NCBI GenBank assembly: GCA_020632535.1
Contig: JACKFJ010000005.1
Span: 64,200 to 128,199 of the forward strand
Reading direction: 5' to 3'
Source of the DNA: Candidatus Omnitrophota bacterium
GTDB taxonomy: Bacteria; Omnitrophota; Gorgyraeia; Zapsychrales; JANLHA01
Length of the DNA stretch: 64,000 bases
Position numbers and translations under genes: made by a program. The notes under the pieces were generated by a model. That model was not told the DNA's origin, searched no databases, and worked only from the letters and a program-made list of their open reading frames with translations. Positions 30,550-37,359 of the stretch are shown piece after piece (within the stretch, counting starts at the first letter, position 1; every line of letters begins with the position of its first letter).

Positions 30550-31716
30550 CTACGAGGATTTATTTTTTAAAATAGTTTTTAAAGTCTCAACGTCTTGCTT
30601 CACATAAATTCTATAACCTTGAGTGTTTCTCTGAGGCTTAGGGAAAATGTTTGATTTTTCGTATCGATCTAACGTCTTTTTAGAAATACTTAGCAACTTT
30701 GCCATCTCAGCGGCTGTTATTTCCCCAACGTTAACACCCTTTTGCTTGCGATTCTGGCCTAGCTTAATCTGACGCAGCCTATCAAGATTTTCAAGACTAT
30801 ACGTTCGATATTCTTTCCCGTTTTTTTCAATTCTCCCGGCCTTAAATAAATTGTTATTATCCCAGTCTCTTAATGTTTGTGCAGACACGCCAAGAAGCGT
30901 AGCCATTTGATCGATAAAGATAGGGCCCTCATACTTCCTGCCAGCAACTTCCAACGCCCTCATCTCATCTTGAAGAAACATATCAAATTTCTTAGGAGAA
31001 ACATTTACTTCTTGTTCTCTCCCTCGAATAATATCATTTCTTATGTTTCTCAGATTTGTATGAAGAACAGTCTTGATCCACTCAATATAATTAAGATATT
31101 TATTATTCTTCCAATTCTGAACGGCAACGACCATTCCAAGAAAAATATCTCCGTCATCAAGATTTATTCTATACTTCCACCGAAAATGCTTCTTCAACCC
31201 TGTGCCGAAATTCTTTATTTCATTTAATATGTACTCATATGCTGCCGTCTCTTTTAACCCCGCTTTAATAATCTTTTCAAAAATCCCGGTAAAATAATCA
31301 TCTATTTGATTCGCCATCCCAAACATCAACTTGGCCAAGTTATCCATCAAATCAGGATTTTCTCGAAGAACCTCTTTTTCTAAATCATTCAAGTTGTCCT
31401 CGTCGGCTAAGTGACTATATTTTTCAAAGAATCCATCTCTTACCTTATTGATTTGGTTATAATAGAATCCTTTTTCATCCAAAGTGTCATCCAATTTATT
31501 ACATATGTCGACTGCCTTTTTTATATTCCCAGATGCTTTTTCCTTATTCATTTCTGCCTCTAGTTTACGGGCGCGTTCATTTGCCTCCATAAACTTCAAC
31601 AAAGATTCGACAAAGGCTTTCCGGTCAAACTCTGAAAGAATCCTGGCAATAACCATCTCTTTAGAATCCTGGCTGTATTCACTTCTTATAATATTTTTTG
31701 TTAATTTATGTTTCAT
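30550..31716 (-). CDS. Hypothetical protein ending in two tandem MerR/excisionase-type HTH domains
   Basis: 388-aa ORF. The C-terminus has MATLLGVSAQTLRDWDNNNLFKAGR…YRTYSLENLDRL and AAEMAKLLSISKKTLDRYEKSNIFPKPQR…YRIYVKQDVETL. Confidence 0.5.
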   Translation of the reverse strand: MKHKLTKNIIRSEYSQDSKEMVIARILSEFDRKAFVESLLKFMEANERARKLEAEMNKEKASGNIKKAVDICNKLDDTLDEKGFYYNQINKVRDGFFEKYSHLADEDNLNDLEKEVLRENPDLMDNLAKLMFGMANQIDDYFTGIFEKIIKAGLKETAAYEYILNEIKNFGTGLKKHFRWKYRINLDDGDIFLGMVVAVQNWKNNKYLNYIEWIKTVLHTNLRNIRNDIIRGREQEVNVSPKKFDMFLQDEMRALEVAGRKYEGPIFIDQMATLLGVSAQTLRDWDNNNLFKAGRIEKNGKEYRTYSLENLDRLRQIKLGQNRKQKGVNVGEITAAEMAKLLSISKKTLDRYEKSNIFPKPQRNTQGYRIYVKQDVETLKTILKNKSS

Positions 31717-32090
31717 AGATTTATATTATTATTTTACTTTTTTACCTTACTAATGTCTTCCGATTCATGATATTTTTTGTTTTTCAAAGCTTTCCCCAAC
31801 CTAAATATTTTTCCCGGGGAATTTTGCGTTTCCACTGAAAAATATTAACTGGCAGGTCGCAAATTGGATAGGATGGCAAAACGAAGTTGAGATTTGAGAG
31901 GTTTCAAAAACTGCTCAGATCCTCGAGTCTAAACAAGTGCTTGGGAACAGGGTTTTGCTTCTCAACTCGCATACTTCTTTCATCTCATTACATATCAATA
32001 TGTTATGATTATTCCTCGTCCTCTTCGCCCAAAATCACGTCGAGAAAAATAATCATGACCAACAGCGCTAAAAAACTCATTCCTTTAACC

Positions 32091-32291
32091 TCATTCCCAA
32101 ATTGATAAAAGCATTTGATAATCTTTCGCGCTTTTAACGTCCAGCGTCTGAATGAACCCGCTTAAGAGCTCTTCACCTTCCAGACTATCAAAGCGGATAA
32201 ACTCTAATCCCTTCTTAGGATCTGCTTTTCTGAATTCATTTAGCCTGACATCGACGGTATAGCCCTTAAAGACGGGCAAGCATGTTGACAT
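32091..32291 (-). CDS. Hypothetical small protein
   Basis: 66-aa ORF co-directional with its neighbours. No motif recognised. Confidence 0.3.
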   Translation of the reverse strand: MSTCLPVFKGYTVDVRLNEFRKADPKKGLEFIRFDSLEGEELLSGFIQTLDVKSAKDYQMLLSIWE

Positions 32292-32484
32292 TGTCTTTCC
32301 CTCCTCCCTCAGGGTTTGATTTTACTGCCCTATAACAGGCCATAAATGGGCCATCAGAGCGACGATGACCGCCATTCCGCCCATTGGACCAGGGGGTAAA
32401 TAAACGGTCGATTATTTCTTGCCTTTTTTCGTCTGTTTTTCTATTCATTCTCAAAGGGCTAAACGGCACAAACACCGGGGAGGA

Positions 32485-33009
32485 TTATTTACTCTTTTTT
32501 TGCCAGCGGGCATAATAACCAGACTTCCGGCGTCTTTTTCCGTCCTTACTACCGAACGGACGGCCCAGCTTCTTCCCCTGCTTGCGGGCCCGCTCTAATC
32601 CAGATTTTGTCCTAGAAACAATAAGGCCCCTTTCGTACTCGCTGAATACACCTAAGAGCTGCAAAAACATTTGTCCTTCAGGTGTCGAGGTGTTTATATT
32701 CTGCGTGATAGAAACAAACTCAATGCCTCGATTCTTGAACTCCTCGAACAGATTTAAAAGATGCTTTAAGGATCGCCCTATTCTATCCAGCTTCCAGCAG
32801 ATTAGGCAATCCACCCGACCGGCCCGAATATCGGCAAGCAATCGCTCAAAAGCGGGCCTGTTTTGGTCTTTTCCTGAAAACCCGTCGTCTACATACTCCC
32901 GCGCGTTCTGATAGCCCATCCGTTGACAATATTCGCGCAAGGCGACTAATTGCGTTTCGGTGTTCTGTTCCGCGCTACTCACGCGGCAATACAGCGCATA
33001 TTTTTTCAT
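32485..33009 (-). CDS. Small serine recombinase (resolvase/invertase catalytic domain, basic tail instead of a canonical HTH)
   Basis: 174-aa ORF. MKKYALYCRVSSAEQ (catalytic Ser), …RLDRIGRS…, and a C-terminal GRPFGSKDGKRRRKSGYYARWQKKSK. Confidence 0.85.
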   Translation of the reverse strand: MKKYALYCRVSSAEQNTETQLVALREYCQRMGYQNAREYVDDGFSGKDQNRPAFERLLADIRAGRVDCLICWKLDRIGRSLKHLLNLFEEFKNRGIEFVSITQNINTSTPEGQMFLQLLGVFSEYERGLIVSRTKSGLERARKQGKKLGRPFGSKDGKRRRKSGYYARWQKKSK

Positions 33010-33081
33010 TTACTTTTCACCTCCTGACAAGAAGGCGGAAGAGAAAAACAAACATATCCCTTCCGCCGGTTATTGTTCATC

Positions 33082-33879
33082 TTAAACATGGGCCAATTCG
33101 GTAAACACGTCGCCGACCCGCTCAATATGATTAAATGAAGTTACTTTTTGTTTGTCTCTTAATTCAACGTTTAACGGTTCGGTGATGGCATTAAAGAGCG
33201 ACCAAAAGTTTCTTGGCTCGTCTTCTTTACGTATTGGATTTTCGAAAAGCTCTTGCGCCTGTTTTTGAATCTTCTCCGGGATGATTTTCTTTTCATACAG
33301 ATTATTAAGAAACTCAATTCCCTGGGCGGTCGTGCAAGGATGGTCAATTAACTGTTGCGCGATTTCAAGCTGCCCCTCGATGAGGTTATACACCTCATAA
33401 ACAAGCTTTAAGTCTTTTCGGAAACGTTGAAAGCCGGTTTTTGTGTGCTTTTGACGTATTTCAATGAAGGCCTTCCGACGATTCAAAACAAATTGATTAA
33501 CACAGGTCACGCGCAAGGGCGAAACAATGAGCCCAATAGGAAAACTTCCGTCGAGGGAATTAATCAGATTAATATACGTTTTGATTTCTTGCCCTTGAAT
33601 ATCAAATACTTTCGGAAGCTCAATGGTCAAGATGGCCTTTGAATAATGCATCCCTCCCGTCGCGCATCCGACAATCTTCCCTTCGGGCAGCCATTCCATA
33701 ACCTGTGCGTGCAGGTCTCCATAACCGACCGGCTGATAATTGCGCCCCATTACACCGTAAAGGTCGCCGGTGTCGTCCGTAATAACCCGCTTGCGCGTGT
33801 CTCGTCCGTTCCAATACAATTTTTCTAACCGGACATTTTTAATGCTTAATAACTTACTGATTCTTTGTTCAATTCTCAT
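33082..33879 (-). CDS. DUF932/DUF945-like phage/plasmid-associated protein (tentative)
   Basis: 265-aa ORF. …DDTGDLYGVMGRNYQPVGYGDL… is reminiscent of DUF932. This is from memory only. Confidence 0.35.
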   Translation of the reverse strand: MRIEQRISKLLSIKNVRLEKLYWNGRDTRKRVITDDTGDLYGVMGRNYQPVGYGDLHAQVMEWLPEGKIVGCATGGMHYSKAILTIELPKVFDIQGQEIKTYINLINSLDGSFPIGLIVSPLRVTCVNQFVLNRRKAFIEIRQKHTKTGFQRFRKDLKLVYEVYNLIEGQLEIAQQLIDHPCTTAQGIEFLNNLYEKKIIPEKIQKQAQELFENPIRKEDEPRNFWSLFNAITEPLNVELRDKQKVTSFNHIERVGDVFTELAHV

Positions 33880-34330
33880 GGTTTTAACCTCCTGCTTTTT
33901 GTTTAATACTTTTCAACTACCTGGTTAAATAACTGATCTATGTCAAGCACCACATCCAGCCGGATAAGACGGTTATACAGCGCTTCGATGATGTCACAGT
34001 GAAGGAAGCACGTCCGGCTCAATGTGGCGCGGTGTTTTCGTCCGTTTATGGTCCGCTCTAAAATGACGGTCTTTCTGTACATGGTTAAAGCCTCCCTTCC
34101 AAATACTTCCGGATTATTTCGTTTTCATTTTTCTGGAATCTGGCGGACAGCGGAATCACGATCAGCCCGCACACCAGAAAACCAACAAAAAAATATGTAA
34201 AAATCAGGTCAAATTCGCTCATAGTTTATATACACTTGATATGATATTTGTAATATTTTAGATAAAAAAATTCCCTATTAATTACATATAATTTGTTACT
34301 TGTAAGTTTTTGGACTAAAAAAAAGAATTT

Positions 34331-34510
34331 ATCATTCATTGAATTTTAACCTTTGTTTAATAAGCTCTTGCCAGGCCTTGCTTATTTTATGCTTACCGTT
34401 TAACCATCGGCTAACATTAGCCTCCGTCGTGCCAAGCTCCCGGGCAAGCTCATATTTCTTCATGCCCTTTTCGGCGATGTAATCATTCAGTTTTTTGGCC
34501 AGGTCTTCCA
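34331..34510 (-). CDS. Cro/XRE-type small HTH repressor
   Basis: 59-aa ORF below the track cutoff, translated by hand: MEDLAKKLNDYIAEKGMKKYELARELGTTEANVSRWLNGKHKISKAWQELIKQRLKFNE. Confidence 0.6.
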
Positions 34511-34519
34511 TTTCGATTC

Positions 34520-34549
34520 AAGCATAACACTTGACAAACTGTTTGTCAA
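34520..34549 (-). promoter_or_regulatory. Promoter (TTGACA-17-TATGCT, near-leaderless) overlapped by the palindromic operator CTTGACAAA-CTG-TTTGTCAAG
   Basis: Palindrome at 34529-34549 with 9-bp arms. The -10 element ends 9 nt before the ATG at 34510. Confidence 0.5.
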
Positions 34550-34993
34550 GGCACTTGAAAGAAAATCCCAAAAAATTTCAAGGCCCATCCTTACCGACCT
34601 ATTGAAAATTTATTACCCACCTCCCTTCCCCTGCCTTTTTCTATTTACTTTTTTAATGCATACTAACAAGATATTGCAAGCTTCAGTAATCGCCCCCGAG
34701 AAAAGTAGTTACTTTTGATTTTTTCATTTCAGCACCCCCAGAAAAACCAGTAATAGGCTCAATCGTGCGCATTATCATATTTCCACATTCAAATCCGTGC
34801 CCGCTCTCCCTCCGGGGACTCTGCTATTGCCAAATAAACCCCCTATAAATATATTTTTATCTGAGTGTTTTTGTTATAGGTTTTCATAACCTAACGCGAT
34901 TTGCGAAATTGACGGGATTCGATATAGTTTGGGCGGTCTTTTTGACAAAAAAGGGCGATTTTTGTTCAGTTTAAAAACCAGGGAGCTTGACGC

Positions 34994-35386
34994 CTATAAC
35001 GAGGCTTTTAGACGGTTGATTTTGTCCGCAATCTGTCGAGGATTAGGGATATAATTCAGCAGTATTTCATACCCGGCGGTCCCGGAAGTTCCGATCAAAA
35101 TATCCCCGCAACGAAAGAGCCGCTGAAGCAGACTCTGGCTGGTGTTGATGGTTCGAATGTTGGCAATGTCTATTTCGTCTTTATTCCGGCCAAGGATGCC
35201 ATATTCAACAATAATCCGCCTGCTGGTAATCGTATACTTACGGGTTTTCTTATCCAAATAGACATACAAGAAAATAAATAATCCGATGACCAATACGCTC
35301 AAAACCGCGCCCCAAAATAAATAAGATATGTAACCGATTAAAACAGGATGCACTTCTTCAATTACTTTTTCATCCGTATGGTCCAT
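34994..35386 (-). CDS. Membrane-anchored bacterial PH domain protein (bPH_2/YdbT-like)
   Basis: 130-aa ORF with two TM helices followed by …YTITSRRIIVEYGILGRNKDEIDIANIRTINTSQSLLQRLFRCGDILIGT…. Confidence 0.65.
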   Translation of the reverse strand: MDHTDEKVIEEVHPVLIGYISYLFWGAVLSVLVIGLFIFLYVYLDKKTRKYTITSRRIIVEYGILGRNKDEIDIANIRTINTSQSLLQRLFRCGDILIGTSGTAGYEILLNYIPNPRQIADKINRLKASL

Positions 35387-35399
35387 TGATTCCCCTTTC

Positions 35400-35966
35400 T
35401 TAATTTTGAAAAATCTTCCTTAGGTATTCTTTTCGGAAATATTCTTTCGCTAATTCAGGCCGGTCATAATCGCGCTTCCCGGCAATCACACTAAGATGCA
35501 CGGCATTATCTTGCAGCTTTTTAATCGCCACCAATCCCGCATCGAGACTTAACAAAAACTGGCATTCCGCTGACACCTCTTCGAACTTGCCATTTTCCAA
35601 CTTATCCTTCAAAGCCAAGACAATTTCGTCGAGGACAAGCTTCTTCAGATCCTCTTTTACCTCGGACACATATTTGCCATTGGGATAACGATCAAGATAT
35701 GATTCTAACCGTTTCCGCGCCTCCTGCCGTGAATTGACCCTCAAATAACTTCTTGCCAAACCAAATTCAGCCGCTTCAAAACATTCCGGGCTTATCGGCT
35801 GAGTGGACATTGTCGAAAAAACTTGCTGATAACCGATGATGGCCAACTCATATTGACGGTTCTGAAAATATGCATCTGCTTTTCTTACGTTAGCCGTCAA
35901 CTCATCCGCAAAAGCCACGTCACACAAGAGGCCCAATATTACAAAACCCGTAAGAATTATTTTCAT
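35400..35966 (-). CDS. Secreted TPR-like helical-repeat protein
   Basis: 188-aa ORF with a signal peptide and TPR-like helices (…ADAYFQNRQYELAIIGYQQV…ARSYLRVNSRQEARKRLESYL…). 4-nt overlap with the REC gene. Confidence 0.45.
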   Translation of the reverse strand: MKIILTGFVILGLLCDVAFADELTANVRKADAYFQNRQYELAIIGYQQVFSTMSTQPISPECFEAAEFGLARSYLRVNSRQEARKRLESYLDRYPNGKYVSEVKEDLKKLVLDEIVLALKDKLENGKFEEVSAECQFLLSLDAGLVAIKKLQDNAVHLSVIAGKRDYDRPELAKEYFRKEYLRKIFQN

Positions 35967-36391
35967 AAGGGATCTTCTCCTTTCTCGCGAAACGCTTTTT
36001 CAATCTCAGAAATAAGCACACCAGCTTTCACCGGCTTGACCAGATAACTATTCGCTCCGGCATCGTAACATTGGAGCAGATTAAATCCGTCTTCAACAAC
36101 CGTTAAGAAAATCACCGGGATATGTCTTGTTGCGCCATCTTCTTTTAAGCGTCGACAAACATCAATCCCGGGCATATCCGGCATCACACAATCCAGCAAA
36201 ATAACATGAATGACTTCTTCTCTGGCCAGCTTCAAGCCTGTCTCACCATTCTGCGCAAGAAAGACCTGATATTTTCGTTTGCACAGCATATTCTCTATGA
36301 GCCTCAGATCGCCAAGGTTGTCATCAATAACCAAAACAACCAGCCTGGGTTGATTACGCTTCCTATCAAATCTTTTAAATATTTCTATCAT
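35963..36391 (-). CDS. Stand-alone response-regulator receiver (CheY-like REC) protein
   Basis: 142-aa ORF with VLVIDDN, ILLDCVMPDMPG (acceptor Asp), IFLT and YLVKP. Confidence 0.85.
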   Translation of the reverse strand: MIEIFKRFDRKRNQPRLVVLVIDDNLGDLRLIENMLCKRKYQVFLAQNGETGLKLAREEVIHVILLDCVMPDMPGIDVCRRLKEDGATRHIPVIFLTVVEDGFNLLQCYDAGANSYLVKPVKAGVLISEIEKAFREKGEDPL

Positions 36392-36582
36392 CCTCTTCTC
36401 TTCTCCGGGTTTTCAAATCGAGATAATAGTTCCTGAATCGTTTCCAACTCTTCCAATCCGGCCTTAGCAAATATCACCGGCAGGCTTCGCCCTTCTGCTA
36501 AACGCTCCAAGGCGATCATGGGAGCCTTGAGTTTTAAATTAATTTCTTTAGCAATATCCCTCTCTGCCTTACTCTTTTTCAT
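36388..36582 (-). CDS. Hypothetical small protein (third of three motif-preceded small genes)
   Basis: 64-aa ORF with a 4-nt overlap with the REC gene. The conserved TTTGAAAAGCACAA motif starts 36 nt upstream of its ATG. Confidence 0.4.
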   Translation of the reverse strand: MKKSKAERDIAKEINLKLKAPMIALERLAEGRSLPVIFAKAGLEELETIQELLSRFENPEKRRG

Positions 36583-36604
36583 GCTCTTTTCTTGTTATGC
36601 TGTC

Positions 36605-36618
36605 TTGTGCTTTTCAAA
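36605..36618 (-). promoter_or_regulatory. Conserved motif TTTGAAAAGCACAA, copy 1
   Basis: Exact 14-mer (minus-strand sense), followed after 5 nt by CATAAC. The motif starts 36 nt before the ATG, the same geometry as copy 2. Confidence 0.5.
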
Positions 36619-36625
36619 GATATAA

Positions 36626-36850
36626 TTAATATTTCTTAAACGCTGATAAAATCCGCACCTTCAATTCATCTTCACTCTTTATACGATCAAGATTAATTTC
36701 AAGCCCTTTGCACGCTGTCAGCAACGAACGAATAATAGATGTCCGACGCATCTTTCCACCTCCGCTAAATTTGCAATCCTTTGAAACTTTATCCAGAAAA
36801 CAAATCTGTTCTTTCGTAAGATTCCCGCAGGTCCATTTCTTTTGACTCAT
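36626..36850 (-). CDS. Small protein, paralogue of 36907..37161 (RHH-like C-terminal helices)
   Basis: 74-aa ORF. SGGGKMRRTSIIRSLLTACKGLEINLDRIKSEDELKVRILSAFKKY aligns with the neighbour. Confidence 0.5.
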   Translation of the reverse strand: MSQKKWTCGNLTKEQICFLDKVSKDCKFSGGGKMRRTSIIRSLLTACKGLEINLDRIKSEDELKVRILSAFKKY

Positions 36851-36872
36851 TTTATCACCTCGTTATGTTCAA

Positions 36873-36886
36873 TTGTGCTTTTCAAA
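36873..36886 (-). promoter_or_regulatory. Conserved motif TTTGAAAAGCACAA, copy 2
   Basis: Exact 14-mer + N5 + CATAAC, starting 36 nt before the ATG at 36850. Confidence 0.5.
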
Positions 36887-36906
36887 AGTAAAAAAATAAA
36901 AACCCT

Positions 36907-37161
36907 CTACTTTTTATAATTCTTTATAGCCGACAAAAATCTTGCTGCCAATTCTTCCTCTGTCTTCACCTCGGAAACATCAACTTTCAAATGCATAGCA
37001 GCATCAATGAGAGCTCTTAAAATATACGACTTCGGCAACTTATACCCACCAGAAGCTTTCATCTCACTGGCAAGTTCCTGAAGCCAAGCATCCATTTCCT
37101 TAGTAATTGAAATAGGCACCCGGAATAATCCCTTCGGCACCTCGCTTCTAAACCGTGACAT
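36907..37161 (-). CDS. Small ribbon-helix-helix-like protein, paralogue of 36626..36850
   Basis: 84-aa ORF. RVPISITKEMDAWLQELASEM… (beta-strand + helix) then SGGYKLPKSYILRALIDAAMHLKVDVSEVKTEEELAARFLSAIKNYKK. Confidence 0.5.
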   Translation of the reverse strand: MSRFRSEVPKGLFRVPISITKEMDAWLQELASEMKASGGYKLPKSYILRALIDAAMHLKVDVSEVKTEEELAARFLSAIKNYKK

Positions 37162-37197
37162 ATGACTCCCTTTTATTGTTTATCTCTTCTATTTCAA

Positions 37198-37225
37198 AGA
37201 ATACCACATTCTTTCAAGAAGTCAA
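37198..37225 (-). promoter_or_regulatory. Sigma70-like promoter for the small-gene cluster
   Basis: Minus strand reads TTGACT-16 nt-TATTCT, ~37 nt upstream of the ATG at 37161. Confidence 0.4.
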
Positions 37226-37233
37226 CGGCATAA

Positions 37234-37247
37234 TTGTGCTTTTCAAA
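37234..37247 (-). promoter_or_regulatory. Conserved motif TTTGAAAAGCACAA, copy 3
   Basis: Exact 14-mer immediately after the RT-operon terminator and just upstream of the promoter at 37198-37225. Confidence 0.5.
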
Positions 37248-37256
37248 ATATATTTT

Positions 37257-37286
37257 TAAAAAGGGGTAGCCCGTCCCCGCTACCCC
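37257..37286 (-). terminator. Intrinsic terminator ending the RM-nuclease-RT array
   Basis: Minus strand: GGGGTAGC-GGGGACGG-GCTACCCC followed by TTTTTAAAAA. Confidence 0.7.
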
Positions 37287-37359
37287 ATGTCTTATTCCCA
37301 GTGTATTTGAGAATAAAACCATGCATGTGTGTGAGTTTGTTTGGACGGAGCATGATATA
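37287..37359 (-). ncRNA. Candidate RT-associated non-coding RNA / structured 3' tail
   Basis: 73 nt between the RT stop codon and the terminator. Contains the hairpin UUUAUUC-13 nt-GAAUAAG. CCGUCC, 12 nt after the stop codon, is complementary to GGACGG in the terminator loop. The position matches my recollection that DRT type 3 loci carry a ncRNA downstream of the RT pair. Confidence 0.25.

Noticed and set aside
33903-34223. Small minus-strand ORFs between the DUF932-like gene and the Cro-like gene (a 29-codon ORF from 34083 and a 45-codon hydrophobic ORF, 34086-34223).
   Set aside because: The first hits a stop after 29 codons. The second (MSEFDLIFTYFFVGFLVCGLIVIPLSARFQ…) is plausible as a tiny membrane peptide, but it has no motif or RBS evidence strong enough to annotate.
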